A stretch of DNA of 64,000 nt, taken from an uncultured Mycoplasmatota bacterium (GTDB lineage Bacteria > Bacillota_I > Bacilli_A > RF39 > UBA660). Both the position numbers and the translations under genes were made by a program. The stretch covers positions 663-64,662 of the forward strand of contig CASEIJ010000049.1 in assembly GCA_949288035.1 (NCBI GenBank), read 5' to 3'. This document shows, in pieces, positions 40,168 through 50,070 of this stretch. Numbering within the stretch: position 1 is the first letter of the stretch; each line of letters starts with the position of its first letter. Below the pieces are notes generated by a model, which saw only the letters and a program-made list of their open reading frames with translations, was not told where the DNA came from and did not search any database.

Positions 40168-40416
40168 TTATTGTTTCTGAAACTTTTTTTTCGTTGATTC
40201 TCCTCCTCTAATATGACGAATACAATTGTGAAAATTTAAAATTTTTTCTACTTCAAGATATAATGCATGATCCACTTTTTTTAATCTCTCATGTAGGTCT
40301 TTATGAACAGTACTTTTTGATACATAAAAACGATTTGCAATCTCTCTAACAGTATACCCAGTTTTTAACATATAATAAGCTTCATCCATCATTCTTTTAT
40401 GAATTTTTGTATTCAT
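40168..40416 (-). CDS. spoIIID: Sporulation transcriptional regulator SpoIIID
   Basis: VSKSTVHKDLHERL...HIRGGESTKKKF matches the SpoIIID HTH and C-terminal basic region. 82 aa. Confidence 0.9.
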   Translation of the reverse strand: MNTKIHKRMMDEAYYMLKTGYTVREIANRFYVSKSTVHKDLHERLKKVDHALYLEVEKILNFHNCIRHIRGGESTKKKFQKQ

Positions 40417-40481
40417 AAATCACCCCTTAATTCATTATATAAATAAGAGTTTTATTTATACGAAAAAAAGAGCATTTGCTC

Positions 40482-41114
40482 TTACTTTGCTTCTAATTTT
40501 TTGTCAAAATAATCATTAGGATTTACTGTTTGTCCATTGTCGATTAATTCGAAATGTAAATGATTTCCTAAGTCTTTTTCTACATTAGAAGTCCCACTTT
40601 TTCCAAGTATTTGTCCTTGTTTTACAGTATCTCCTTGTTTTACAGCTGTACTACTAAGACTTTGATAAACACTGATTAAATTATTTTCATGTTTAACTTC
40701 AATTATTTTTCCTAGCAATTCATCCTCTTCTACACTACTAACTGTACCATCTAAGATTGCAGTCACATCGAAGTTATCTTTTCCTCCATAGCTGATACCA
40801 CTATTCTGTAAATAAGTTGATTCATATAGGATTAATGAATTTTCTTGTTTTGTACTATCTGCTTTATAATCATAATAGTCTTTTACAACTGTAATATCAG
40901 GATCTGTATATGGTCTTGTAATAATCATATCGTCATTGACGACAGGTTCTGTATTATCAAAGATCGTTTCTGATACATATCCATATTTATCTTCATCTTT
41001 AAAACCTTCTTGATGTACAAGACTTTCAATCATATAAGCACACCCTAATACAAGAACAATCGCACCTACATAAACAAAAGGAATTACTGATTTTTTTAAT
41101 CTTCTTTGTTTCAC
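40482..41114 (-). CDS. spoIIQ: SpoIIQ-like membrane-anchored degenerate LytM (M23) protein
   Basis: N-terminal TM. HLHFE is retained, but the HxxxD position reads YGGKD, a degenerate Zn site as in SpoIIQ. Synteny is spoIID-spoIIQ-spoIIID-mbl. I prefer the GTG at 41114 after AGGTGA over the SD-less TTG at 41162. Confidence 0.65.
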   Translation of the reverse strand: MKQRRLKKSVIPFVYVGAIVLVLGCAYMIESLVHQEGFKDEDKYGYVSETIFDNTEPVVNDDMIITRPYTDPDITVVKDYYDYKADSTKQENSLILYESTYLQNSGISYGGKDNFDVTAILDGTVSSVEEDELLGKIIEVKHENNLISVYQSLSSTAVKQGDTVKQGQILGKSGTSNVEKDLGNHLHFELIDNGQTVNPNDYFDKKLEAK

Positions 41115-41154
41115 ACTATCACCTCTATTTAAAGTGTGAACAAAAAAAGAAAAT

Positions 41155-42072
41155 TTATTCAATTTTCTGTATTTCGATACCTTGATAATAATATTTTAAT
41201 ATTTCTTGATAATTTGCTCCGTTTTGTGCCATTCCATATGCTCCATACTGACTCATTCCAACACCATGTCCAAAACCTTTTGTATGAATAATAATTTGAT
41301 TATCTTTTTTTTGTATTTCAAAAAAACTAGAACGTAATCCCAGAATTTTAGTAACATCTGTTGCATTGAAATCTTTTCCATTGATATTAAGTGTTTTAAT
41401 TCGTCCTGTTGATGTTTGTTTCGTAATTTGTACAGAAAAGGCTGAATTTACGTCTAGGTTTAGTTTTTGGTAGAATTCTTCAATTGTAAATGTTTTAGAA
41501 TCTTCAAAAACAGGTGACACATCTTTTTCCCAATCAGATTTCACACTTTTTAAATAAGGTAAACTTTCTTGAAAGACTTCTTCACAATTTTCAGTGTATC
41601 CTGTACTAGTAGAAAAAAAGAAAGCTTGAGCAATTTCACCTTGATAAGTAAGGTATTCTCCTTGGGTTTCTAATACTGCTTGTTGAATTCTTTCTATTTT
41701 TTCATTATATTCATCTTTCCAGCGCTCTTTTAATTCATCCTGATTATAATACACTTGATTTGCCACTGTATCTACTACATCGTATTCTTGCTCTTTTGCA
41801 TATTCAATTTTTCTTAAAACATAGGTTCTTGCAGCTACTGCTTGTGCTTTTAGTGCTTCCATAGGAAATGTAGTAGGCATTTCTCCTGATAAAACACCAA
41901 CCACATAATTTTCTAATGGAACTTGTTCAATTGTATTCTTTTTTTCTCTTTTTACTCTAACAATTTGATTTGTTTGAAAGTGAACTGTAGTCTTTTCTTT
42001 TGTCTGAATAAGAAGAACTATTATACAAGGTATTAATAATAAAGTAATTGTTAAAACAAATATTTTTTTCAT
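41155..42072 (-). CDS. spoIID: Stage II sporulation protein D (lytic transglycosylase)
   Basis: ALKAQAVAARTY and GHGVGMSQYGAYGMA (SpoIID/LytB domain). I prefer the ATG at 42072 (MKKIFVLTI..., TM anchor), although neither candidate start has a visible SD. Confidence 0.85.
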   Translation of the reverse strand: MKKIFVLTITLLLIPCIIVLLIQTKEKTTVHFQTNQIVRVKREKKNTIEQVPLENYVVGVLSGEMPTTFPMEALKAQAVAARTYVLRKIEYAKEQEYDVVDTVANQVYYNQDELKERWKDEYNEKIERIQQAVLETQGEYLTYQGEIAQAFFFSTSTGYTENCEEVFQESLPYLKSVKSDWEKDVSPVFEDSKTFTIEEFYQKLNLDVNSAFSVQITKQTSTGRIKTLNINGKDFNATDVTKILGLRSSFFEIQKKDNQIIIHTKGFGHGVGMSQYGAYGMAQNGANYQEILKYYYQGIEIQKIE

Positions 42073-42135
42073 ACTATTATTATATCCGTTCAGTGTGAAA
42101 AAATTTGTCAAAGAAAAAGAAGAAAGAATTCTTCT

Positions 42136-42342
42136 TTATACAATGATTGCCGAATTAACAAAAAAATCATAAAAGAAATTAACAACTAAATAGGATAATC
42201 CTAGACTTGCCATTAAATATAGTAATTTTACTTGTAATTCGTGATTTTTTTTAAATTTATTATTTAAGTTTAAAGAATCAAGTGCAAAAATAGAAAGAGG
42301 AACAACAATAATATATAAAATTGTCTTAATTGTCATAGTCAT
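42136..42342 (-). CDS. DUF1146 (YwzB-like) small membrane protein
   Basis: Two TM helices separated by FKKNHELQVKLLYLM. Start at 42342 or 42336, after AAGGAA, overlapping the rpiB stop. Confidence 0.55.
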   Translation of the reverse strand: MTMTIKTILYIIVVPLSIFALDSLNLNNKFKKNHELQVKLLYLMASLGLSYLVVNFFYDFFVNSAIIV

Positions 42343-42763
42343 CAATTTCCTTAATTCTTCTTTGATAGCGTTCATTCTTCATAAATGGGGTATTTAGAAA
42401 GGTTTTTACCATTTCGAGTGCTAAATCATCAGGTGTTGTTTCCCCTAATGTCATGACATTTGCATTATTATCTCGTCTGGTCATTTCAACTTCGTGGATA
42501 TTATTTACTTTTGCACATCTTACATGACGCACTTTATTACAAGCAATACTCATTCCAATACCAGAACCACAAATTAATATACCATAATCAATTTGATGGT
42601 CACGGATTGCTTCTCCAACTTGAAAAGCATAGGTTGTATAGTCCACGTTCTCTGTTGTATCTGTTCCAAAGTTAATTACTTCATATCCTTGTTGGAGTAA
42701 ATAGTTTGAAATTACTTGTTTTAAATGTACACCATGATGATCATTTCCAATTCCTATTTTCAT
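42326..42763 (-). CDS. rpiB: Ribose-5-phosphate isomerase B (RpiB/LacAB family)
   Basis: MKIGIGNDHHG..., ILICGSGIGMSIACNK. Confidence 0.92.
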   Translation of the reverse strand: MKIGIGNDHHGVHLKQVISNYLLQQGYEVINFGTDTTENVDYTTYAFQVGEAIRDHQIDYGILICGSGIGMSIACNKVRHVRCAKVNNIHEVEMTRRDNNANVMTLGETTPDDLALEMVKTFLNTPFMKNERYQRRIKEIDDYDN

Positions 42764-42772
42764 AGTGCCTCC

Positions 42773-44038
42773 TTATGCATTATTTTTATTTGTGTCAGTT
42801 TTAACAAGTGTTTTTTGTTGTTCTCCTAATTTCATAGTATCTTGATATATGTGATTTTGGTTGTCATTCACATAACTCATACCAATCGTAACATTTTCTC
42901 CTGCTTTCATTTTTTGAATGATATCTTGATCAAGTGAAACTTTATATGGTTCTTCACTTTCTTTCCCGTTAGTATTTACCATTGTTTCTTTGTTTGGATC
43001 AAATAAAATTGGTGTTTGTTCATCAGGATTACAAATAATAAATTCCTCTTCTTTTTGATCAGGAGTTTTAGCTTTAATTAAATGTGAGTCTATTTTTAAC
43101 ATTTTTAATACATTATGAGAAATTGTTGTAATGTTATCTGATGATATTTTATCTTTTTGATCTTTTCCAAAGCGAGATAGAATTTCAATTGCTCTATCTT
43201 CTAGAGAGGATGTTGTTGCACGGTATGATTCAATTTGCGCTAATAAAGGAGGATAATAGGTATTAAACTCTTGATTGTTTACAAAGTTTTTGGTGCCTTG
43301 ATATATCTCATTTTGGAATGGAGATATTCCTTCTTGGTTTGCACTTAGTTCTTGAATTTTCTTTTCTGCAAATTTCGTAACACGATTCATTTGTGTTTCA
43401 TTTGTATCTTCTTTGACAGCTGTTGCTTTTTTAATAATAATATCAACATTCATAGAAAATTTTTGAAATAAGTCATCATAGTTTTTATCTACTTGTTTTA
43501 AATAATCTTTTGAACACTCATTTAAAGTCTGTTCTACTTTTTTAAAATTAATGTTTTCACTTTCTACTGCTTTTCTCGCATTGGCAATTAGTGTATAAAT
43601 ACCATCATCGCAAAATAGTTCTTGTTTTTTTTCACATACATTTTTTAATCTTGTATTCATGTTGTTTTTTGTATGAGTAATGCCATTTTCAACTTCATCA
43701 ACAGTATTTGATAGCGTATTTGTCTCAAAATTAGGTTTTTCAATTTCATTACTTAATGAGTCAGGTAATGTTTTTAAATATTTTTCCATATCTTGACAAC
43801 AAGAGAATAATTCTTTATTTGTATGTTCTACATGGTCATTATGGCTATTATTAAAGATTCTAGAAACTTCATCAAAAGGTGTATTTATTCCATTTTCTTT
43901 TAGAAGTGAATATACTTTTTGTGAGTACTCAAAAGAACGTAACAAATTATTTTTTGTTAATTCATGAAATAATGAATCCGCTGTTAAATTAATATTTACT
44001 GCATTTTGTAGTTCATAAATAGCTGCTACATTTGCCAT
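42773..44038 (-). CDS. Hypothetical cytoplasmic protein, largely helical, no family recognised
   Basis: Long clean ORF with an AGGTGG SD before the ATG at 44038, ending 9 nt upstream of rpiB. It has no signal peptide or TM and no motif I recognise. Confidence 0.6.
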   Translation of the reverse strand: MANVAAIYELQNAVNINLTADSLFHELTKNNLLRSFEYSQKVYSLLKENGINTPFDEVSRIFNNSHNDHVEHTNKELFSCCQDMEKYLKTLPDSLSNEIEKPNFETNTLSNTVDEVENGITHTKNNMNTRLKNVCEKKQELFCDDGIYTLIANARKAVESENINFKKVEQTLNECSKDYLKQVDKNYDDLFQKFSMNVDIIIKKATAVKEDTNETQMNRVTKFAEKKIQELSANQEGISPFQNEIYQGTKNFVNNQEFNTYYPPLLAQIESYRATTSSLEDRAIEILSRFGKDQKDKISSDNITTISHNVLKMLKIDSHLIKAKTPDQKEEEFIICNPDEQTPILFDPNKETMVNTNGKESEEPYKVSLDQDIIQKMKAGENVTIGMSYVNDNQNHIYQDTMKLGEQQKTLVKTDTNKNNA

Positions 44039-44170
44039 AAAAACCACCTCTATTTTTTTCTATAATTCTAACAATAGTATAGCACACTACCTTCTAAAAC
44101 TGTATAAAAAACGACAATATTAGAGTCAAACAATTGTCAACAAATAATCGAATATGATTTTGTGAATTTA

Positions 44171-44199
44171 TTGACGGCGTATATAAAAAACGTTATACT
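44171..44199 (+). promoter_or_regulatory. Sigma-A-type promoter for the fem cluster
   Basis: TTGACG (44171-44176), a 17-nt spacer, then TATACT (44194-44199). Confidence 0.5.
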
Positions 44200-44228
44200 A
44201 ATAATAATGAAAAGAAAGGATGATAAAA

Positions 44229-45521
44229 GTGAAATTTGAGGAATTATCAAAAGAAGAATTTACAACCTTTGAAAAAAATCATCCATATGGAAGTTTTTAT
44301 CAAACCATCGGTTGGGGAGAATTGAAAAAAAGAAATGGTTGGAACTACTATTTAGTAGGTTTAAAAGAAAATGATAAAGTTTTAGCGGGAGCAATGCTAC
44401 TAGAAAAGAAATTACCATTCGGACTTTCTTTTATTTATTCACCACGTGGTTTTTTAATTGATTATTTAAATGAATCACTACTTTCTTTGTTTACCAAAGA
44501 AATCAAGGCGTTTGCTAGAAAACATCACGCTATTTTTGTTAAAATAGATCCGTATGTACAATTAAGAGAACGAGATATTGATGGAAATATTATTGAAAAT
44601 GGTTTTAATAATGAAAAAGCAATTACCAATTTAAAACAATTAGGGTTTCGTCATAATGGGTATACTTTAAATATGGAGGATTTACAACCTCGTTTTGCTT
44701 TTGCTCTTAATTTAGAAGGAAAAACAACAGAAGAAATTTTAAAAGATATGGAATCTAAAACACGTCAACTTATCCATAAGAATGAAAAGAATGGCATTAT
44801 CACGAGAGAAATTACCGTGGATGAAATTGATAAATTTAAGAAAATTATGCAGCATACAGCGGATCGTAGAGGATTTATTGATCGTCCACTGAGTTATTAT
44901 AAGAATATGTTAAGTGATTTAAAAGATGGAGCAAAAGTGATTATTGCTGAAATTGATTTAGAAGATTACAATCAACGTTTGAAAAATGAAATTGCAGCAT
45001 CTCAAAAAATTGTTGCGGAAAAAGAAGCAGCATTAAATGATCCATCTAAAAAGATTAACCCTGATAAGACGAAGAAGAAAATTGAACAAGAAAAAAGTAA
45101 TATGGATCGTCTTACGAAAAAATTAAATGAAGGTGAAACATTATTGAAAGAACACGGTAAAGTTTTGACGCTAGGGGGTATTATTTTCATGCTTCATGGT
45201 AGTGAGATTTTATCATTATTTGGTGGTTCTTATGAGGAATATAAAGACTTTTTAAGTCCCTACTCGACTTATTTTCATATGATTCGTTATGGAGTTGAGC
45301 ATGGTTATAAAAAATATAATTTCTATGGAATTAGTGGCGATTTTAAAAATAAGAAAAATGAATTATATGGTTTATATGATTTGAAACGTGGCTTTGGTGG
45401 TCATGTAGAAGAATACTTAGGAGAATTTGATTTAGTTACGAAACCGTTCATGTATCATATATATCATCTTGCATTCGCACTATATGGAAAATTAAAAAAA
45501 TGGAAAAGGAAGAGGGGATAA
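44229..45521 (+). CDS. FemABX-family peptidoglycan aminoacyl/peptidyl transferase, paralogue 1
   Basis: MKFEELSKEEF..., GWGELKK, SPRGF, YNFYGISG and KRGFGG, plus a central coiled-coil insert (residues ~240-310). GTG at 44229 is spaced 8 nt from AAAGGA. Confidence 0.85.
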   Translation: MKFEELSKEEFTTFEKNHPYGSFYQTIGWGELKKRNGWNYYLVGLKENDKVLAGAMLLEKKLPFGLSFIYSPRGFLIDYLNESLLSLFTKEIKAFARKHHAIFVKIDPYVQLRERDIDGNIIENGFNNEKAITNLKQLGFRHNGYTLNMEDLQPRFAFALNLEGKTTEEILKDMESKTRQLIHKNEKNGIITREITVDEIDKFKKIMQHTADRRGFIDRPLSYYKNMLSDLKDGAKVIIAEIDLEDYNQRLKNEIAASQKIVAEKEAALNDPSKKINPDKTKKKIEQEKSNMDRLTKKLNEGETLLKEHGKVLTLGGIIFMLHGSEILSLFGGSYEEYKDFLSPYSTYFHMIRYGVEHGYKKYNFYGISGDFKNKKNELYGLYDLKRGFGGHVEEYLGEFDLVTKPFMYHIYHLAFALYGKLKKWKRKRG

Positions 45522-45522
45522 C

Positions 45523-46764
45523 GTGCAATTTTGTGAGTTATCAAAAGATGAATTCCGTGAGTTTTTAGATCACAATCCATTACAAAGTTTTTTACAAACA
45601 CCAGAAATAGGTGAATTACGTAAAAAAGGTGGATGGCGAGTTCATTTTGTAGGTGTAAAAGAAAATAAAAAAATAATTGCGGCAACCATGTTAGTCAGTA
45701 AAAAAAATTTTATGAATTCTTATGAATTTTATTCATCACGTGGTCCATTATTAGATTTTAATAATCGGGAATTAGTTGTATTTTTCTTTCAACAATTAAA
45801 AAAATATATTCAGAAGAAAAATGGTTATATTTTAAGAATTGATCCTTATTTAATCTATCATCAACGTGATATAGATGGTAATATTGTAGAACATGGTATA
45901 AATAATGAACCAGTAGTACAATTATTAAAAAAATTAGGTTTTAAACGTAAAGAAAATCCAGAACAAGTTCAATATATGTTCTCAATTGATCTAGGAAAAT
46001 CAAATGAAGACATCTTTCAGTCATTTCGTTCAAATGTTAGAAATTATATACGTAAAACAGAGAAAATGGGAATTGTAGTGAAAGAACTAACAAGAGGTGA
46101 ATTACCTGGTTTAAAAAAGATTACAGAAGAAACTGGAAAAAGAAAAGGGTTTGTAGATAAGTCATTAACATATTATGAAGATATGTATGATTTATTTCAT
46201 CCTCGTGGTGAGATTCGCTATTTATTAGCATCCATTTATTTAGATGATTATTTAGAAAAGTTACAAAACGAATTAAAAGAATATGAGATAAGATTAGAAA
46301 ATACAGAGGATGTTCATTCTAAAAAAGGACTAAGAAAGTCTTTATCAATTAATATTGAAAATACAAAAAAAAGAATTGAAGAGACAGAAAAATTAATACA
46401 AGAAAAAGGAAATCAACTTGATTTATCAGCAGCTATGTTTATGATGACAGGACATGAAGTGATTTATTTATTTAGTGGTAATTATGATGAATATATGAAG
46501 TTTAATGCACAGTATGCAATTCAATGGAATATGATTCAATATGCGAATGAACATGGTTTTGATAAATATAATTTTTATGGTATTAGTGGTAATTTTGATG
46601 AAAATGATTCTGAATATGGTGTATATGAATTTAAAAGAGGTTTTTCAGGTTATGTAGAGGAATTAATTGGGGAATTTCAAATGCCAATTAATATGAAAAA
46701 ATATACGTTATTTAATATTATCAATAATACGAAACGCTTTATAAAAAGATGCATAGGGAGGTAA
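45523..46764 (+). CDS. FemABX-family transferase, paralogue 2
   Basis: Same motif set (SSRGP, YNFYGISG, FKRGFSG) with a coiled-coil insert. The GTG start is 1 nt after the paralogue 1 stop. Confidence 0.85.
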   Translation: MQFCELSKDEFREFLDHNPLQSFLQTPEIGELRKKGGWRVHFVGVKENKKIIAATMLVSKKNFMNSYEFYSSRGPLLDFNNRELVVFFFQQLKKYIQKKNGYILRIDPYLIYHQRDIDGNIVEHGINNEPVVQLLKKLGFKRKENPEQVQYMFSIDLGKSNEDIFQSFRSNVRNYIRKTEKMGIVVKELTRGELPGLKKITEETGKRKGFVDKSLTYYEDMYDLFHPRGEIRYLLASIYLDDYLEKLQNELKEYEIRLENTEDVHSKKGLRKSLSINIENTKKRIEETEKLIQEKGNQLDLSAAMFMMTGHEVIYLFSGNYDEYMKFNAQYAIQWNMIQYANEHGFDKYNFYGISGNFDENDSEYGVYEFKRGFSGYVEELIGEFQMPINMKKYTLFNIINNTKRFIKRCIGR

Positions 46765-46767
46765 TCT

Positions 46768-47988
46768 ATGAATTATGAATTTAAAACCAATATAGAAAAG
46801 TCAGAATTCGAACAATTTACTCAAAATGCGGAGATTCTCTCTTTTATGCAAGAATATGGTTGGGCTTCTGTAAAAAGTGAATGGAAACACTTTTATTGTG
46901 GATTATATTGCGATGGGAAGTTAGTAGCGACTGCTGTTGTATTAAAACGTTTGTTACCTCTTGGTATTTCTTTTATGTATATTCCAAGAGGGATGTTAAT
47001 TGATTACCAAGATAAAGAATTATTAAATATTTTTACAAAACATCTTCAACATTTAGCCAAACAAGAACATGCATATGTGTTAAAAATAGATCCAAATTTC
47101 TGTTGTAAAGAATATTCAATTAAAGAAATTGAAAAGAAAGAAACGGTAGAAATCCCAAAAAATTATTCTATTGATTATGAAAAAAAACATCGCAACTTAT
47201 TATCTTGTGGATATCGTTTTAAAGGATATACTAAATCGATTCAAGAAACATTACAACCACGTTATCATATGTATATTCCATTCATCAATATAAAAAATGA
47301 ATTTTTAACACCAGCAGAAATAAAAACAAGTTTCAAAAAAAGAATTCGAAGTTATATTGGAAATTATCACGAAAAAAGAGGGGTTACTTATTTTCATACA
47401 ACAGATCCTAAATATTTAGATATGTTTATGGAAGTAATTACCCAAACCGAAAAACGCCAAAATATTCGTTTACGTAATAAGGAATATTTTGAAAAAATGA
47501 TGGAAGCATATAAAAAAGAATCATATTTGTTTTTTGGAATGTTGAATTTACAAACATATCTTGATTTTTTAAAAGAAAATAATGGAAAAGAAGAAGAAAT
47601 AAATGAAGTCATCGCATTGTTAGATGAAGGACAAGTAGAAATTCCATTATCTGCAGCTTTTGTTATTATTCCACAAAATAAAGGAATAAAGACAAGTGAA
47701 TATTTATATGCGGGAAATCATTTGTTATTTACGAAATTAAATGTCTCAGTAGGATTAGTATATGAAATTTGTAAATATTCGCTCGAACAAAAATGTCAGT
47801 ATTGTAATTTAGGCGGTATTAATGGAACATTTGATGATCATTTAACACCATTTAAGTCAAGATTTAATGCAATTGTATTTGAATTTGCTGGAGAATATGA
47901 TTTAGTGATTCAACCAATTCGTTACCGTTTATATGAATTTGGTATGCCTATTTTAAAAAAGGTATATCATTTTATCCGTAGAAAATAA
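46768..47988 (+). CDS. FemABX-family transferase, paralogue 3 (more divergent)
   Basis: FMQEYGWASVK, IPRGM and CNLGGINGTFDD, with a shorter helical insert. It starts 3 nt after paralogue 2. Confidence 0.75.
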   Translation: MNYEFKTNIEKSEFEQFTQNAEILSFMQEYGWASVKSEWKHFYCGLYCDGKLVATAVVLKRLLPLGISFMYIPRGMLIDYQDKELLNIFTKHLQHLAKQEHAYVLKIDPNFCCKEYSIKEIEKKETVEIPKNYSIDYEKKHRNLLSCGYRFKGYTKSIQETLQPRYHMYIPFINIKNEFLTPAEIKTSFKKRIRSYIGNYHEKRGVTYFHTTDPKYLDMFMEVITQTEKRQNIRLRNKEYFEKMMEAYKKESYLFFGMLNLQTYLDFLKENNGKEEEINEVIALLDEGQVEIPLSAAFVIIPQNKGIKTSEYLYAGNHLLFTKLNVSVGLVYEICKYSLEQKCQYCNLGGINGTFDDHLTPFKSRFNAIVFEFAGEYDLVIQPIRYRLYEFGMPILKKVYHFIRRK

Positions 47989-48043
47989 TAAAACAGTAGA
48001 AAATATAACAATTTTTTGATAAAATGAAGTTGGTGGTATACAT

Positions 48044-49195
48044 ATGAATAATGAAGTTATTAGACAAGTTTTTCTCATGTTAGGAACTACTTTCCTATTT
48101 TCGCTTTGTATTACACCAGTAATTAAAATGATTGCGAAACATGTTGGAGCCATGGATATTCCAAATGAGAGAAAAGTACATAAAGTTCCAATGCCAAGAT
48201 TAGGTGGATTATCGATTTTCTTTGGCTTTTTACTTGGCTATATGTTATTTGGGGAACAAAGTATTGTTATGAATTCCATATTAATTGCTAGTTTTGTAGT
48301 AATTTTAATTGGTGTATTTGATGATATTAAGCCACTGAAAGCTTCGGTAAAATTTATTGGACAACTTGTTGCAGCATGTATTATTGTATTTTATGGAAAT
48401 ATTATTTTAAGAGATGTGAGTGCTTTTGGTATTTATATTGATTTTGGATTATTTTCAATTCCATTCACTATCTTCTTTATTCTCGGTTGTATTAACTGTA
48501 TGAATTTAATTGATGGATTAGATGGACTAGCTGCTGGAATTTCTAGTATTTATTTCGCAACGATTGGTATTATTGCTATCATGCAAGGAAAATTTGGATT
48601 GGATTTCTTATTGACATTTATTATGTTAGGTTCTACATTGGGATTTTTAGTTCATAATTTTAATCCAGCTACCATTTTTATGGGAGACAGTGGATCGATG
48701 TTTTTAGGATTAATTATTTCTGTCATTGCCCTACTTGGATTTAAAAATGTCACGATGACTTCATTAATTATTCCCCTATTATTACTTGCAATTCCAATTT
48801 TAGATACGATATTCGCAATTATTAGAAGAACCTTAAAAGGAGAAAAAATATCTACGCCTGATAAATATCATATTCATCATCAATTATTAAAAAGAAATTT
48901 ATCACAACGTCAAACTGTATTAGCAATTTATGTAATCAATATTTTATTTGCAATCGCATCTATTGTATATGTTCTAAAAGATGCGAAACTAGGATATATT
49001 ATTTATGGTGTGTTACTAGCAATTGTTCTTATCTTTATTTTAACAACTGATGTTGTATATGATAGTTCTAGTTTGAGAGATAAAATAAAAAGAAAAATAT
49101 TGAAAAAGGAACCAGAAAAAACGACAAAGAAAGAGAGTAAAAAAGATTCAGATAAATCAAAGATTAAAAAGAAAGTAACGAGAAAGAAGAGATAA
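48044..49195 (+). CDS. tagO: MraY/WecA/TagO-family undecaprenyl-phosphate sugar-1-phosphate transferase with a Lys-rich tail
   Basis: VFDDIKPL, NCMNLIDGLDGLAAG, FMGDSGSMFLG and HIHHQL. The C-terminal ~45 aa are K/E-rich. Confidence 0.8.
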   Translation: MNNEVIRQVFLMLGTTFLFSLCITPVIKMIAKHVGAMDIPNERKVHKVPMPRLGGLSIFFGFLLGYMLFGEQSIVMNSILIASFVVILIGVFDDIKPLKASVKFIGQLVAACIIVFYGNIILRDVSAFGIYIDFGLFSIPFTIFFILGCINCMNLIDGLDGLAAGISSIYFATIGIIAIMQGKFGLDFLLTFIMLGSTLGFLVHNFNPATIFMGDSGSMFLGLIISVIALLGFKNVTMTSLIIPLLLLAIPILDTIFAIIRRTLKGEKISTPDKYHIHHQLLKRNLSQRQTVLAIYVINILFAIASIVYVLKDAKLGYIIYGVLLAIVLIFILTTDVVYDSSSLRDKIKRKILKKEPEKTTKKESKKDSDKSKIKKKVTRKKR

Positions 49196-49252
49196 TCTTC
49201 TTTTTTTGTTTATTAATGCGAAAAATATCCATACTAACATTGGGTGAGAGTC

Positions 49253-49990
49253 ATGATAGAAAATATATTTCAAACAAATTGGACAGAATTACTTGACGTT
49301 ACGCTACGTGCAACAGTTTCTTTAGTAACTTTATTTTTAATTACAAAAATGTTAGGAAAAAAACAAGTATCTCAACTTAGTTTATTTGATTATGTAATTG
49401 GTATTAGTATTGGTAATTTTGCTGCTGAGATGACGATTAATTTAGAATCAGATTATTTACATGGTATTTTAGCAGTTGTGATTTTTGGCATAGTCGCATA
49501 TTTTGTTAGTATTTTAACTATGAAAAGTATTCATTTAAGAAGATATTTTATGGGTACCCCTACTCTTTTAATTCAAGATGGAAAATTACTAGAAAAGAAT
49601 ATGAAAAAGGTAAGATATGATATAAATGATTTATTAGAACAATGTCGTATTAATGGTTATTTTGATATGAGTGAAATAAAATATGCTTTAATGGAGGCAA
49701 ATGGTACCGTTAGTATTTTACCGTTTGAAACAGAAAGACCATTAAAAGTAAAAGATATGAAAGTAAAGCCTAAAAAAGAAGGATTATGTGCGAATGTCAT
49801 CATTGATGGAAAAATTATGCCTCATAATCTAGAAAATTTTCACAAAACGACAGATTGGTTAAAAAAAGAGTTAAAAGTAAAAGGATATGAAGATATCAGT
49901 GATATTTTACTTGCAACATTAGATGTGAATGAAAAATTACAGATATATGAAAGAAATTTAGATGAAAAAATTAAAAATGTATTAGAATAA
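49253..49990 (+). CDS. DUF421 (YetF-family) membrane protein
   Basis: ITKMLGKKQVSQLSLFDYVIGISIGNFAA followed by a soluble C-terminal domain. The ATG at 49253 follows GGGTGAGAG. Confidence 0.75.
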   Translation: MIENIFQTNWTELLDVTLRATVSLVTLFLITKMLGKKQVSQLSLFDYVIGISIGNFAAEMTINLESDYLHGILAVVIFGIVAYFVSILTMKSIHLRRYFMGTPTLLIQDGKLLEKNMKKVRYDINDLLEQCRINGYFDMSEIKYALMEANGTVSILPFETERPLKVKDMKVKPKKEGLCANVIIDGKIMPHNLENFHKTTDWLKKELKVKGYEDISDILLATLDVNEKLQIYERNLDEKIKNVLE

Positions 49991-50070
49991 ATGTCAATTA
50001 GGTGTCTTTTGATCATTTAAATATAGTAATTTATAGATTTTTTTGATAACATGTATCAAGGTGATATAGT

